This document shows positions 1 to 8,863 of a stretch of 64,000 nt of DNA, piece by piece. Source of the DNA: an uncultured Bacteroidia bacterium (GTDB taxonomy: Bacteria; Bacteroidota; Bacteroidia; Bacteroidales; UBA932); the NCBI GenBank assembly GCA_902773925.1, contig CACYGI010000002.1:160990-224989 (forward strand). The letters run 5' to 3'. Each line of letters begins with the position of its first letter. The stretch's first letter is position 1. Made by a program: the position numbers and the translations under genes. The notes beneath the pieces are model-generated. The model did not search any database. It worked only from the letters and a program-made list of their open reading frames with translations, and was not told where the DNA came from.

Positions 1-241
1 GCGTGGCGTTATGCAGCATTTCGACCGCGGCGGCAACCTTGAAACTGTCTGGGCCGGGTTTGCCGCAAGCCTGGGCAAAGAGCAACGAGAGAATGGGTCT
101 GACCTGCTTGCCGGGGTGTGCGAGCTGCGAGGCGTTTATTTCGTTGAGCAGTCTGACGTCTGAATGAAGCTGCTCACGAATCAGGTTGTTGTACCCCTTC
201 CAATTGTCACCAAGAAGGGTAGTAATGTTATCGAGATTCAT
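1..241 (-). CDS. polyprenyl diphosphate synthase, N-terminal fragment (gene continues past window start)
   Basis: Own translation of the reverse strand from the ATG at ~239-241: MNLDNITTLLGDNWKGYNNLIREQLHSDVRLLNEINASQLAHPGKQVRPILSLLFAQACG...AAAVEMLHNAT. This resembles the N-terminus of octaprenyl-diphosphate synthases. It is divergent from menA. Coordinates +/-1. Confidence 0.65.
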   Translation of the reverse strand, partial: MNLDNITTLLGDNWKGYNNLIREQLHSDVRLLNEINASQLAHPGKQVRPILSLLFAQACGKPGPDSFKVAAAVEMLHNAT

Positions 242-306
242 CCCGACAAATATAATAAATAATATCGCTTTTAGTATCTTTGTCGCAAATATCTAATTGC
301 AACAGG
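242..306. promoter_or_regulatory. divergent promoter region (TAnnTTTG -7 boxes on both strands)
   Basis: tatctttg (plus, ~275-282) lies ~25 nt before the menA ATG. caaatata (plus; equals TAtaTTTG on minus, ~247-254) faces the polyprenyl synthase gene. Both match the Bacteroidetes -7 consensus TAnnTTTG. Confidence 0.45.
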
Positions 307-1236
307 ATGAACATAAAAGCAGCCATCGACTGCGTACGTTTTCCGACGGTGCTGCCCAATGCCGCCGGGCTGATAAACGGAGTACTTCTGGCCGCCGCCG
401 AAGGCAGTTTAGACCCACTGACGGGCTTGTTGGTTGTCCTGACGGGTTGCCTTGTCTCCAACCTCAGCAGCGTCGCCGACGAACTGGGCGACTTTCTGCA
501 CGGCAACGACACGGCTGATTACGAGGTTAGCTCTCTGGCGCCGAAACACCCCCTTGCCAAAGGCCGCTTAACCGTACCCCAGGTGAAGGGCATCCTGCTA
601 ACGTTCCTCGTCCTTAGCTGCGCCGTCGGACTCCTTACGGTCCGGCGGGCATTCGGGACCCTTTTTGCGCCCCTGCCGCTGGCGATGATCGGCCTGGGCG
701 CCCTGTGCATCGCCGGGGCGTTGCGCTATACCCTCGGCAAAAACCCTTACGGCTACCGGGGACTCGGCGATCCGGCCGTATTCATTTTATGCGGCCCGAT
801 ACTGGTCTTCGGGGCATATTTCGCCTGCAAAGGCGGGACGCCGCCCTTCGACTGGAGAGTCATACTGCCCGCCATTTCGCACGGGATATTCATATCCGTG
901 ATGCTCAATATCAACAATATCCGCGACATTGAGAAAGACCGCGCCACGCGAAAGACCATCGCGATACGCCTTGGCGAACGCCGCGCCCGCATCTACGGCG
1001 TCACGCTCATCGCTCTGAGTATGACAGCGCCTCTGATCTACACCCTCGTATTTCCGACATTCACGCCGCTCAACCTGCTTTATCTGCTGAGCTATCCGTT
1101 CTTCATACTGGCACAGTACGGCACGCTCCGATACCGCGGAGCAAAGATCAACCTCTGCTTCGCCTTCAACGTCACGGGCGCACTGCTATTCGGCATCCTC
1201 CACGGCCTGGGATACTACCTTCCCACGGTCCTCTGA
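307..1236 (+). CDS. menA: 1,4-dihydroxy-2-naphthoate polyprenyltransferase (UbiA family)
   Basis: Multi-TM UbiA-type protein with NINNIRDIEKDRATRKTIAIRLGERRA. Start moved to the ATG at 307 because the -7 box overlaps the track start at 280. Confidence 0.8.
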   Translation: MNIKAAIDCVRFPTVLPNAAGLINGVLLAAAEGSLDPLTGLLVVLTGCLVSNLSSVADELGDFLHGNDTADYEVSSLAPKHPLAKGRLTVPQVKGILLTFLVLSCAVGLLTVRRAFGTLFAPLPLAMIGLGALCIAGALRYTLGKNPYGYRGLGDPAVFILCGPILVFGAYFACKGGTPPFDWRVILPAISHGIFISVMLNINNIRDIEKDRATRKTIAIRLGERRARIYGVTLIALSMTAPLIYTLVFPTFTPLNLLYLLSYPFFILAQYGTLRYRGAKINLCFAFNVTGALLFGILHGLGYYLPTVL

Positions 1237-1249
1237 GAAGCCCGCAGGA

Positions 1250-2926
1250 TTACTCCATCAGCTTCTTGTACTTGAAACGCTTCGGCTCGACATTGCCGAG
1301 ACGCATCTTCTTGTTCTCCTCGTACTCGGAATAAGTACCTTCGAAGAAATAGACCTTGCCATCGCCCTCGAAGGCCAGGATATGGGTGGCGATACGGTCC
1401 AGGAACCAGCGGTCGTGCGAGACCACCACGGCACAGCCGGCAAAGCTGTCCAGCGCCTCCTCAAGCGCGCGGATAGTATTGACATCCACGTCGTTGGTCG
1501 GCTCATCGAGGAACAGCACGTTGGCATTGTCCTTAAGCGTAAGGGCCAGATGCAGGCGGTTACGCTCACCGCCGGAGAGCACGCCGCACTTCTTCTCCTG
1601 GTCGGCGCCGGAGAAATTGAACCGTGAGATATATGCACGCGCATTGACCTCGCGGTTGCCGAGGCGGACGAACTCAGAATTGTCAGCGATAGTCTCATAG
1701 ACGGTCCGGTCCGGATCGATCTGCTTATGCTGCTGATCGACATAGGCGATCTTGACCGTCTCGCCCACGCTGAACGTACCGCTGTCAGGCTGCTCGTAGC
1801 CCATCATCAGGCGGAAAAGCGTCGTCTTGCCGGCGCCGTTGGGGCCGATAACGCCCACGATACCCGCCGGGGGCAGGGAGAATGTGAGATGCTCGAACAG
1901 CAGACGGTCGCCATAAGCCTTCGAGACATCGTTGCACTCGAGGACCTTGTTGCCCAGGCGGGGACCGTTGGGGATGAAAATCTCCAGCTGCTCCTCTTTC
2001 TGCTTGACATCGGCGGCGAGCATCTTCTCATACGCGCCCAGACGGGCCTTGCCCTTCGCGTGGCGGGCTTTGGGAGCCATCCTCACCCACTCCAGCTCGC
2101 GCTCGAGAGTCTTGCGGCGGCGGCTCTCCTGCTTCTCCTCCATTGCCAGACGGGCGCTCTTCTGCTCAAGCCACGAGGAATAATTGCCCTTCCAGGGAAT
2201 GCCCTCGCCGCGGTCCAGCTCAAGGATCCAGCCGGCCACATTGTCCAGGAAATAACGGTCGTGCGTAACGGCGATCACCGTCCCCTTGTACTGCTGGAGA
2301 TGGGCCTCGAGCCACTGGATACTCTCCGTATCGAGGTGGTTGGTAGGTTCGTCGAGCAGCAGCACGTCCGGCTCGCGCAGGAGCAGGCGGCAGAGCGCGA
2401 CGCGGCGCCGTTCGCCACCGCTGAGGGTAGCCACGGAAGCATCCGGATCAGGGCACTGGAGGGCATCCATCGCCCTTTCCAGCTTCGCGTCGATATCCCA
2501 TCCGCCGACGTGCTCGATAGCCTCGGTCAGTTCGCCCTGACGCTCCATAAGCTGCGTCATCGTATCGTCGTCCATCGGCTCTGCGAACTTGAGGCTTATC
2601 TCCTCATATTCGCGAAGCAGGTCCATAACCTCGCTGACGCCCTCTCGTACCACGTCGATGACCGTTTTGGAGTTGTCAAGCTGCGGCTCCTGCTCCAGAT
2701 AGCCCACGCTGTAACCGGGAGCGAAGACCACTTCGCCGCGCGTGGGATTTTCCAGGCCGGCGATAATCTTCATCAGAGTCGATTTACCGGAGCCGTTCAG
2801 ACCGATGATACCGATCTTGGCACCGTAGAAAAAAGAGAGGTAGATATCCTTGAGGATGACCTTGTTGTTGTGAGGCAATATCTTGCTCACTCCATTCATC
2901 GAGAAGATGATCTTTTCGCCTGCCAT
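1250..2926 (-). CDS. ettA: ABC-F ATPase, energy-dependent translational throttle EttA
   Basis: Two ABC cassettes (GLNGSGKST, GPNGAGKTT, LSGGERRRVAL, LSGGERNRLHL). N-terminus MAGEKIIFSMNGVSK. 558 aa from the ATG at 2926; the track ORF has an N-terminal overextension. Confidence 0.9.
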   Translation of the reverse strand: MAGEKIIFSMNGVSKILPHNNKVILKDIYLSFFYGAKIGIIGLNGSGKSTLMKIIAGLENPTRGEVVFAPGYSVGYLEQEPQLDNSKTVIDVVREGVSEVMDLLREYEEISLKFAEPMDDDTMTQLMERQGELTEAIEHVGGWDIDAKLERAMDALQCPDPDASVATLSGGERRRVALCRLLLREPDVLLLDEPTNHLDTESIQWLEAHLQQYKGTVIAVTHDRYFLDNVAGWILELDRGEGIPWKGNYSSWLEQKSARLAMEEKQESRRRKTLERELEWVRMAPKARHAKGKARLGAYEKMLAADVKQKEEQLEIFIPNGPRLGNKVLECNDVSKAYGDRLLFEHLTFSLPPAGIVGVIGPNGAGKTTLFRLMMGYEQPDSGTFSVGETVKIAYVDQQHKQIDPDRTVYETIADNSEFVRLGNREVNARAYISRFNFSGADQEKKCGVLSGGERNRLHLALTLKDNANVLFLDEPTNDVDVNTIRALEEALDSFAGCAVVVSHDRWFLDRIATHILAFEGDGKVYFFEGTYSEYEENKKMRLGNVEPKRFKYKKLME

Positions 2927-2939
2927 GATTGAAAACTTT

Positions 2940-3578
2940 TTAATCGATAAGACCGCGCCGCCGCATTGCGAAAAGGATGATTTCAGCAGTCTGCTCAAAT
3001 CCTCCGGCAGTCGAAGAATCGACGCACAGGTCATAGCTTGCCGAATCGCCCCAGCGCTTGAAAGAGAAATAATTGTAGTAGTCCGCGCGGCTCCGTTCGG
3101 CCTGCTCCACCATCCGGCGCGCAGCCGCAGGATCGATGCCCTTGTCCGCCGCAACACGCGCGACGCGTTCCTCCAGCGGGGCTGTCACGAAGACATTGAA
3201 GATCCCGGGCTCGTCGCGCAGCACGTAATCCGCACAGCGCCCGACAAAGATGCAGGAGCCTTCGGAGGCAATGCGGCGCATCACCTCGCTTTGAAGGGCG
3301 AACAGATTGTCATCTCCGAGATACGAACGGCTGGCCATCGACTCGGTGAGATGGGAAATCGCGCTCCCCGAAAGAAGCGCCGAAAGCCCGCGCTTGCGGG
3401 GCCGCTCGTCACTCGGGGCAAACACCTCGGGAGCAAGCCCGCTGGCCTTTGCAGCCTCTACGAGCAACTCCTTGTCGTACATTTTCACTCCCAACTCTTC
3501 GGATAGGATATGCGCCACGGCGAGGCCTCCCGCCCCGATGCGACGCCCGATTGTCAGGATAAAACGCTTTTGTGTCAT
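2940..3578 (-). CDS. cytidylate kinase-like family (AAA) protein
   Basis: P-loop-like IGRRIGAGG near the N-terminus, ~210 aa. 4-nt overlap with the upstream MATE gene. Confidence 0.6.
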   Translation of the reverse strand: MTQKRFILTIGRRIGAGGLAVAHILSEELGVKMYDKELLVEAAKASGLAPEVFAPSDERPRKRGLSALLSGSAISHLTESMASRSYLGDDNLFALQSEVMRRIASEGSCIFVGRCADYVLRDEPGIFNVFVTAPLEERVARVAADKGIDPAAARRMVEQAERSRADYYNYFSFKRWGDSASYDLCVDSSTAGGFEQTAEIILFAMRRRGLID

Positions 3579-4936
3579 ACAGCCTCCATTTGTGTTTCTT
3601 TTTTGAACTGCCGCTGAAGCGAATGCAGCATTATCTCGGATACGATCAGCGCGGCAAGGTCCGAAGCGGGCAAGCTGTACCAGACGCCGTCAGTGCCGAA
3701 AAATCGCGGCAGAACTATCAGGAACGGCAGCAGGAACAGCAGCTGCCGCGTCAGGGAGAGGAATATAGCCTTGCGGGCCAGGCCAAGGCTCTGGAAGAAG
3801 TAGGAGATCACCATCTGCCGGCCGATGATCAGGAACAGCATGACGTTGATGCGCATACCGTGCGCCGCCATATCTATGAGCTGAGGATCGCGGGTAAAGA
3901 TGGAAACCGCCTGCCGAGGGAAAAATTCTCCCACGATGAAGCAAACCGTGGTGACGATGCAGGCGCAGATGACAGTCAGCCGAAAAACCTGCATCACGCG
4001 GTCATACTGCCTTGCGCCATAATTGTAGCCGGCAATCGGCTGCATGCCCTGGGTAAAGCCCATCACGATCATCAGGAAGATGAATACCAGGCGGTTGGTG
4101 ATACCGAAGGCGCCGATGGCAAGGTCACCGCCGTAGTACTTGAACTGGTTGTTGATGAAAATAACCACGAAACACGAGGCGACATTCATCAGACAGGGCG
4201 CAAGGCCGATCGAGAGCGAACGGCGGGCAATCCGCCAGTCCACGCCGAAAGACGAGCGGGAGAAGTGCAGGAACTCGCGCCGGTCGCACAGGATGCGCAG
4301 GATCCAAATCAGGGCGAGGCTTTGCGAAAGGATGGTCGCGATGGCGGCGCCCTGGATGCCCATCTTGAATACGAATATGAACAGGGGATCGAGCAGCGAA
4401 TTGATGCCCACGGTAAAGATCGTGGCCAGCATCGCCTTCTGCGGATGCCCCGACACGCGCACTATCGAGTTAAGTCCGAAATAGAGATGCGTGATGATGT
4501 TGCCCGCAAGGATCGGAATCATATAGCTGCGCGCATAGGGCAGCGTCGCATCGCTGGCCCCGAACAGCCTCAGGATGGGATCGAGGAAAAGAAGCGATAT
4601 GGCGGTAAATATTACGCCGATCGCAATATTGAGGATAAACACGTTGCTCAGCACGCGCCGGGCCTGGTCATAATTCTTCTGGCCGAGCAGGACGCTGGTC
4701 AGGGTTGCTCCGCCCACGCCGACGAGCGTGCCGAAGGCTGCCGAAAGGTTCATCAGCGGGAAGGTGACCGCCAGGCCGGAAATGGCCAGCGGACCGCATC
4801 CCTGCCCGATGAAGATGCTGTCCACCATATTATATATGGAAGAAGCGGCCATCGCAATGATGGCCGGAAGTGCATACTTCTTCAGCAGACGGGAGACAGG
4901 CTCCGTGCCGAGCTCCAATGGTAGATTCTCAGCCAC
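3575..4936 (-). CDS. MATE family efflux transporter
   Basis: 12-TM-type hydrophobic protein with N-terminal LLKKYALPAIIAMAASSIYNMVDSIFIG, typical of MATE/NorM. GTG start. Confidence 0.85.
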   Translation of the reverse strand: MAENLPLELGTEPVSRLLKKYALPAIIAMAASSIYNMVDSIFIGQGCGPLAISGLAVTFPLMNLSAAFGTLVGVGGATLTSVLLGQKNYDQARRVLSNVFILNIAIGVIFTAISLLFLDPILRLFGASDATLPYARSYMIPILAGNIITHLYFGLNSIVRVSGHPQKAMLATIFTVGINSLLDPLFIFVFKMGIQGAAIATILSQSLALIWILRILCDRREFLHFSRSSFGVDWRIARRSLSIGLAPCLMNVASCFVVIFINNQFKYYGGDLAIGAFGITNRLVFIFLMIVMGFTQGMQPIAGYNYGARQYDRVMQVFRLTVICACIVTTVCFIVGEFFPRQAVSIFTRDPQLIDMAAHGMRINVMLFLIIGRQMVISYFFQSLGLARKAIFLSLTRQLLFLLPFLIVLPRFFGTDGVWYSLPASDLAALIVSEIMLHSLQRQFKKETQMEAV

Positions 4937-4939
4937 GGA

Positions 4940-5845
4940 TTAACGTGCCGTCATAGCTGCCAGGGCGATCGAGTTGAGCTTCGTGTCGATGCTGTCAGCG
5001 CGGCTCGAGAGCACGCAGGGAGCTGCTGCACCTGCCACGATGGCTGCCGTACGGACGCCCGGGCAAAGCTGTGTGTTGGTCTTGTAGAATACGTTTGCCG
5101 ACTCGATGTTGGGGAAGAGGAGGCAGTCTGCGTCGCCTGCAACTTCGCTCTTGAGCTTCTTGATGGCAACAGCCTCCTGGGAGAGCGCCACGTCGAGTGC
5201 GAGAGGGCCGTCGAGGAGGCAGCCGCCGATCTGTCCGCGGTCAGCCATCTTGGCCAGAAGTGCAGCCTCTACGCAAGCCGGCATACCGTCGAGCATCTGC
5301 TCGGTAGCGGCTACTGCAGCCACCTTCGGCTTTTCGATACCCAGAGCCTTGGCCGTATTGACGAGATACTTGATCTCTGCCTGCTTCTGCTTGAAATCAG
5401 GAGCCGGAATGACAGCCATATCGCTGACTATGATGAACTTGTGATAGTTGGGATTCTGGATCACGGAAACGTGGCTCAGGACAGCCTTGGGAGGCAGCAG
5501 GCCGGCTTCCTTGTTGAGAATGCCGCGCATATACTTGTCCGTGCTGCAGAGACCCTTCATCAGGATGTCACCTTCGCCGTTGCGGACCATCGATACTGCC
5601 TGGGCGATGCTCTTGAGCTCGTCCTTGTTGTCAACTATCGTAAAGAGAGAAATATCGAGTCCTTCTGCCTTGCAGACAGCTGCAATCTTGTCAGCGTCAC
5701 CGACAAGGGTTGCTTCAACGATACCGAGCTGGACGGCCTTGCCGGCAGCGGTTACGGTGTGGTCATCGACTGCCCATGCGGCAACCAGACGCTTTTTGGT
5801 TTTGGAACGGAGGACTTCGAAAAGTTCGTCAAAATTCTTAATCAT
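4940..5845 (-). CDS. phosphate acetyl/butyryltransferase (PTA_PTB family, short ~300 aa form)
   Basis: ILMKG, KPKVAAVAATE, LDGPLALDVALS and FPNIESANVFYK resemble phosphate butyryltransferases. The ATG at 5845 is preferred over the TTG at 5875, which would overlap ackA. Confidence 0.8.
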   Translation of the reverse strand: MIKNFDELFEVLRSKTKKRLVAAWAVDDHTVTAAGKAVQLGIVEATLVGDADKIAAVCKAEGLDISLFTIVDNKDELKSIAQAVSMVRNGEGDILMKGLCSTDKYMRGILNKEAGLLPPKAVLSHVSVIQNPNYHKFIIVSDMAVIPAPDFKQKQAEIKYLVNTAKALGIEKPKVAAVAATEQMLDGMPACVEAALLAKMADRGQIGGCLLDGPLALDVALSQEAVAIKKLKSEVAGDADCLLFPNIESANVFYKTNTQLCPGVRTAAIVAGAAAPCVLSSRADSIDTKLNSIALAAMTAR

Positions 5846-5855
5846 AGTGGTTGGG

Positions 5856-7070
5856 TTATTTTTGTGATTTGACAATATTCATTGTGTCGCGGGCGATGAC
5901 CAGCTCCTCATTGGTAGCGATGGTGACGACCTTTACGCGGGACGAAGGCTTGGAAATGACAGCGTCCTTGCCGTGGATGCCCTGGTTGACCGTATCGTCG
6001 AACTCGACGCCGAGATACTCCAGGCCCTGGCAGGTGTCGCAGCGGACAAGCGCCGAATTCTCACCGATACCGCCGGTAAATACGATCACGTCAACTCCGC
6101 CCAGAGCTGCGGCATAAGCGCCGATGATCTTCTTGATCTGGTAGCAGAGAATGTTCTGCGCGAGGGATGCGCGGACGTTGCCCGATGCTGCAGCCTGCTC
6201 GATGTCGCGGCAGTCGGAAGATACGCCCGATACGCCCAGAAGACCGCTCTTCTTGTTGAGGATGGTCTCGATCTGCTTGGGGGTAAGGCCCTCCTTCTCC
6301 GCGATGAACGGGACGATGGTAGCGTCGATGGTACCGCTGCGGGTGCCCATGGGGACACCTTCCTGCGGGGTGAAGCCCATCGAAGTATCGATGCAGCGGC
6401 CGTCCTTGACTGCTGTGATCGAACTGCCGTTGCCCAGGTGGCAAGTGATGATCCTGGAATTGCCCAGGTCGATGCCGAGGAACTCGGCTGCACGGCGGCT
6501 CACGAACTTGTGGCTGGTGCCGTGGAAACCGTAGCGGCGGATGCCGAACTTCTCATAATACTCGTACGGGATGGCGTAGGTGTATGCGTAATCGGGCATC
6601 GTCTGGTGGAACGAGGTGTCGAATACCGCGACCTGCGGAATGCCGGGCATCAGCTCCTTGACGGCGCGGACGCCGAGAAGGTTGGCGGGGTTGTGAAGGG
6701 GTGCGAGGACGCAGAGCTTTTCGATGTCAGACTCAACCTTGTCATTGATCAGTGCGCTGCCGCTGAAAAACTCGCCGCCGTGAGCCACGCGATGGCCGAC
6801 AGCCTCGATCTCTGCGAGAGAGCCCAGAACGCCGTGCTCCTTGCCCGTGAGAATCTCGAGGACAGCACGGATACCGACGGTATGGTCGGCGATAGGCTGT
6901 TCGATGACGAGCTTGTCCTGGCCGGGAACCTGATGGTTGAGTGCACCCATCTTCTCGCCGATGCGCTCCACAAGGCCCTTTGCCTTGAGTGTAAATTCGT
7001 TGTCGCTCTTCATGTCAAGTACCTGATACTTGAGGGAGGAGCTGCCGCAATTCAAAACTAAGATGATCAT
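5856..7070 (-). CDS. ackA: acetate (propionate) kinase
   Basis: MIILVLNCGSSSLKYQV N-terminus, GHRVAHGG, FDTSFH, GFHGTSH. ~400 aa. Confidence 0.92.
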   Translation of the reverse strand: MIILVLNCGSSSLKYQVLDMKSDNEFTLKAKGLVERIGEKMGALNHQVPGQDKLVIEQPIADHTVGIRAVLEILTGKEHGVLGSLAEIEAVGHRVAHGGEFFSGSALINDKVESDIEKLCVLAPLHNPANLLGVRAVKELMPGIPQVAVFDTSFHQTMPDYAYTYAIPYEYYEKFGIRRYGFHGTSHKFVSRRAAEFLGIDLGNSRIITCHLGNGSSITAVKDGRCIDTSMGFTPQEGVPMGTRSGTIDATIVPFIAEKEGLTPKQIETILNKKSGLLGVSGVSSDCRDIEQAAASGNVRASLAQNILCYQIKKIIGAYAAALGGVDVIVFTGGIGENSALVRCDTCQGLEYLGVEFDDTVNQGIHGKDAVISKPSSRVKVVTIATNEELVIARDTMNIVKSQK

Positions 7071-7092
7071 ATAGGTTATTGTTGATTGATGT

Positions 7093-7113
7093 CAAAAATA
7101 TCGGGCAAAGTTA
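7093..7113 (-). promoter_or_regulatory. candidate -7 boxes for the ackA operon
   Basis: caaaaata (7093-7100) and caaagtta (7106-7113) on plus equal TAnnTTTG on minus. They lie 23-36 nt upstream of the ackA ATG. Confidence 0.45.
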
Positions 7114-7172
7114 CTCTTTTATTGCGAACATTCAACATTTAATCGCTAACTTGCCTTTCAAATATTGACGGG

Positions 7173-8216
7173 ATGAGGCAAGGTAGGGAAATAATCCTCT
7201 GGGCTGTGGCGTTGCTGGCCGGCAACGTGCTCGGATCGTCGCTGGCCCTGCCTGCCGCAGCTTATCTGACGGCTGCCCTGGCCTCAGCGCTCATCTCGCG
7301 GCGAAGGCCTTCGACCATCCTTTTCATTCTGACATTCATCCTGCTCGGAGCGGCTTCGGTGCAGATCTGCCGCCTGCCGCCCCTGCACGGCCCCTCATAC
7401 CTGGGCATCCTCTGCAGCGGTCTCAAAGCGCGTTTTTCGGCTTACCTGGGAGGCTTTTTCCCGCCTGGAGATGAACGCGCCCTGCTCCAGGCGCTGGTGG
7501 CCGGCGACCGCAGCGGCATCACCCGGCAGATACGCGGCGCATTCGGCGAGAGCGGCGCGATGCACCTGCTGGCGCTCTCCGGCCTGCATATAGGTATAGT
7601 ATATATGTTTGCCTCGCGCGTCCTGTCCCTGGCCGGCGGGAGCATCCCCGTTAGGCGTATCCGCTCGGCGCTGATTCTCGCGCTTCTCTGGGCCTATGCC
7701 TGCATCACGGGCCTCAGCCCTTCGATTTGCCGGGCCGTGACGATGATTACCATACACGAGATAGCGCTGGCCCGCAAGGCCTCGTCCGACCCTTTGCGCT
7801 CGCTTGCCATCGCCGCGATAGTCCTCGCCCTGGCTGATCCGGAGTGTCCGCGGGAGGCGGGATTCCAGCTTTCGTTTGCAGCCTGCCTGGGCATTTTCGT
7901 GATCTATCCGAGGCTGAAAGGGCTGCTCTCCACGCGGATGCGCATCATCGGCCGTATGTGGGACGGCGCCTGCCTTGCCATTGCCTGCCAGCTGACTGCC
8001 GGGATGCTCTCGTGGCGCTTGTTCGGCATCTTCCCGAAATATTTCCTGCTTACGCAGATGCTCGCCGTCCCGGTGGCCGGTGCGCTGCTCTATATGGTGC
8101 CGGTGATGCTGGCGGCGGCTCCCCTGCCCCATCTGCAGGGATTCCTCGCGCAGATTGCGCTGCATACGACGAAGCTGCTCTACGAGATCGTGCGGCTGAT
8201 CGCAGATCTATCGTAA
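7173..8216 (+). CDS. ComEC/Rec2-family membrane protein, short form (competence core domain only)
   Basis: LVAGDRSGITRQIRGAFGESGAMHLLALSGLHIGIVY motif; polytopic. No metallo-beta-lactamase domain in the 347 aa. Confidence 0.7.
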   Translation: MRQGREIILWAVALLAGNVLGSSLALPAAAYLTAALASALISRRRPSTILFILTFILLGAASVQICRLPPLHGPSYLGILCSGLKARFSAYLGGFFPPGDERALLQALVAGDRSGITRQIRGAFGESGAMHLLALSGLHIGIVYMFASRVLSLAGGSIPVRRIRSALILALLWAYACITGLSPSICRAVTMITIHEIALARKASSDPLRSLAIAAIVLALADPECPREAGFQLSFAACLGIFVIYPRLKGLLSTRMRIIGRMWDGACLAIACQLTAGMLSWRLFGIFPKYFLLTQMLAVPVAGALLYMVPVMLAAAPLPHLQGFLAQIALHTTKLLYEIVRLIADLS

Positions 8217-8256
8217 AGCAGCTTCAGTCCGGGAGCACGAGGCCCCGCGGCCGATA

Positions 8257-8781
8257 CTATTTGCGCCTTGCGGCCTTGGCGGCTTTGGCCGCCTCCTTCT
8301 CGCGGCGGCGGGCTTCCTTTTCGGCCTGGCGGGTCTCATAAGCGGCCTTCGAGGTGATGAGGATCACGCCGTTGGAGCCGCGCATGCCGTAGGATGCCGT
8401 ACTGCCGTCCTTGATGACATCTACCGAGTGGATATCGACCGGATTGACAGTACTCGTATCGAAAACTTCCGCACCGTCAAAGAGGATCAGCGGCTTGGAA
8501 GAGCCGTTGAACGTACCCATACCGCGGATGATGATATCGCCGCCCGAACTGAGCTCGATGCCGCTCACCTTGGCCAGCAGGTAATCCTCGAGGGTCCGAT
8601 AGGTAACCTGATCCATCTGGCTCACTTCGCTGTGGTCGATGGAAGCTGTCTCGGTAGTGATATATCCGTCACTGCGACGGGAAGACTGGTCTGCTGATGC
8701 CGTGCGTACGGTCGGACCGCAGCCGGTGGCGGCCGTCATAAGCGCAAGAGCGGCCGCGATGGATATGATGCTTGTTTTCAT
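8257..8781 (-). CDS. lipoprotein carrying an isolated TonB-dependent-receptor Plug domain and a K/A/R-rich tail
   Basis: Signal plus lipobox MKTSIISIAAALALMTAATGC. Plug-like IIIRGMGTFNGSSKPLILFDGAEV...IKDGSTASYGMRGSNGVILITSK. No beta-barrel. Tail EKEARRREKEAAKAAKAARRK. Start at the ATG at 8781. Confidence 0.65.
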   Translation of the reverse strand: MKTSIISIAAALALMTAATGCGPTVRTASADQSSRRSDGYITTETASIDHSEVSQMDQVTYRTLEDYLLAKVSGIELSSGGDIIIRGMGTFNGSSKPLILFDGAEVFDTSTVNPVDIHSVDVIKDGSTASYGMRGSNGVILITSKAAYETRQAEKEARRREKEAAKAAKAARRK

Positions 8782-8815
8782 ACTGCGAATATAGTACTTT
8801 TTAGAATAAAAAAAT

Positions 8816-8839
8816 AAGGGCAGCCCAAAAGCTGCCCTT
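8816..8839 (-). terminator. rho-independent terminator of susD1
   Basis: Minus-strand reading: AAGGGCAGC-TTTTGG-GCTGCCCTT followed by ATTTTTTTATT. Confidence 0.75.
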
Positions 8840-8863
8840 TTTGTCGTTATACCGTGCAACTGA

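Noticed and set aside
228-518. Short overlapping ORFs at 228-512 (minus) and 297-518 (plus) near the menA start.
   Set aside because: They overlap the menA coding region and promoter, and have arginine/proline-rich junk composition and no start context.
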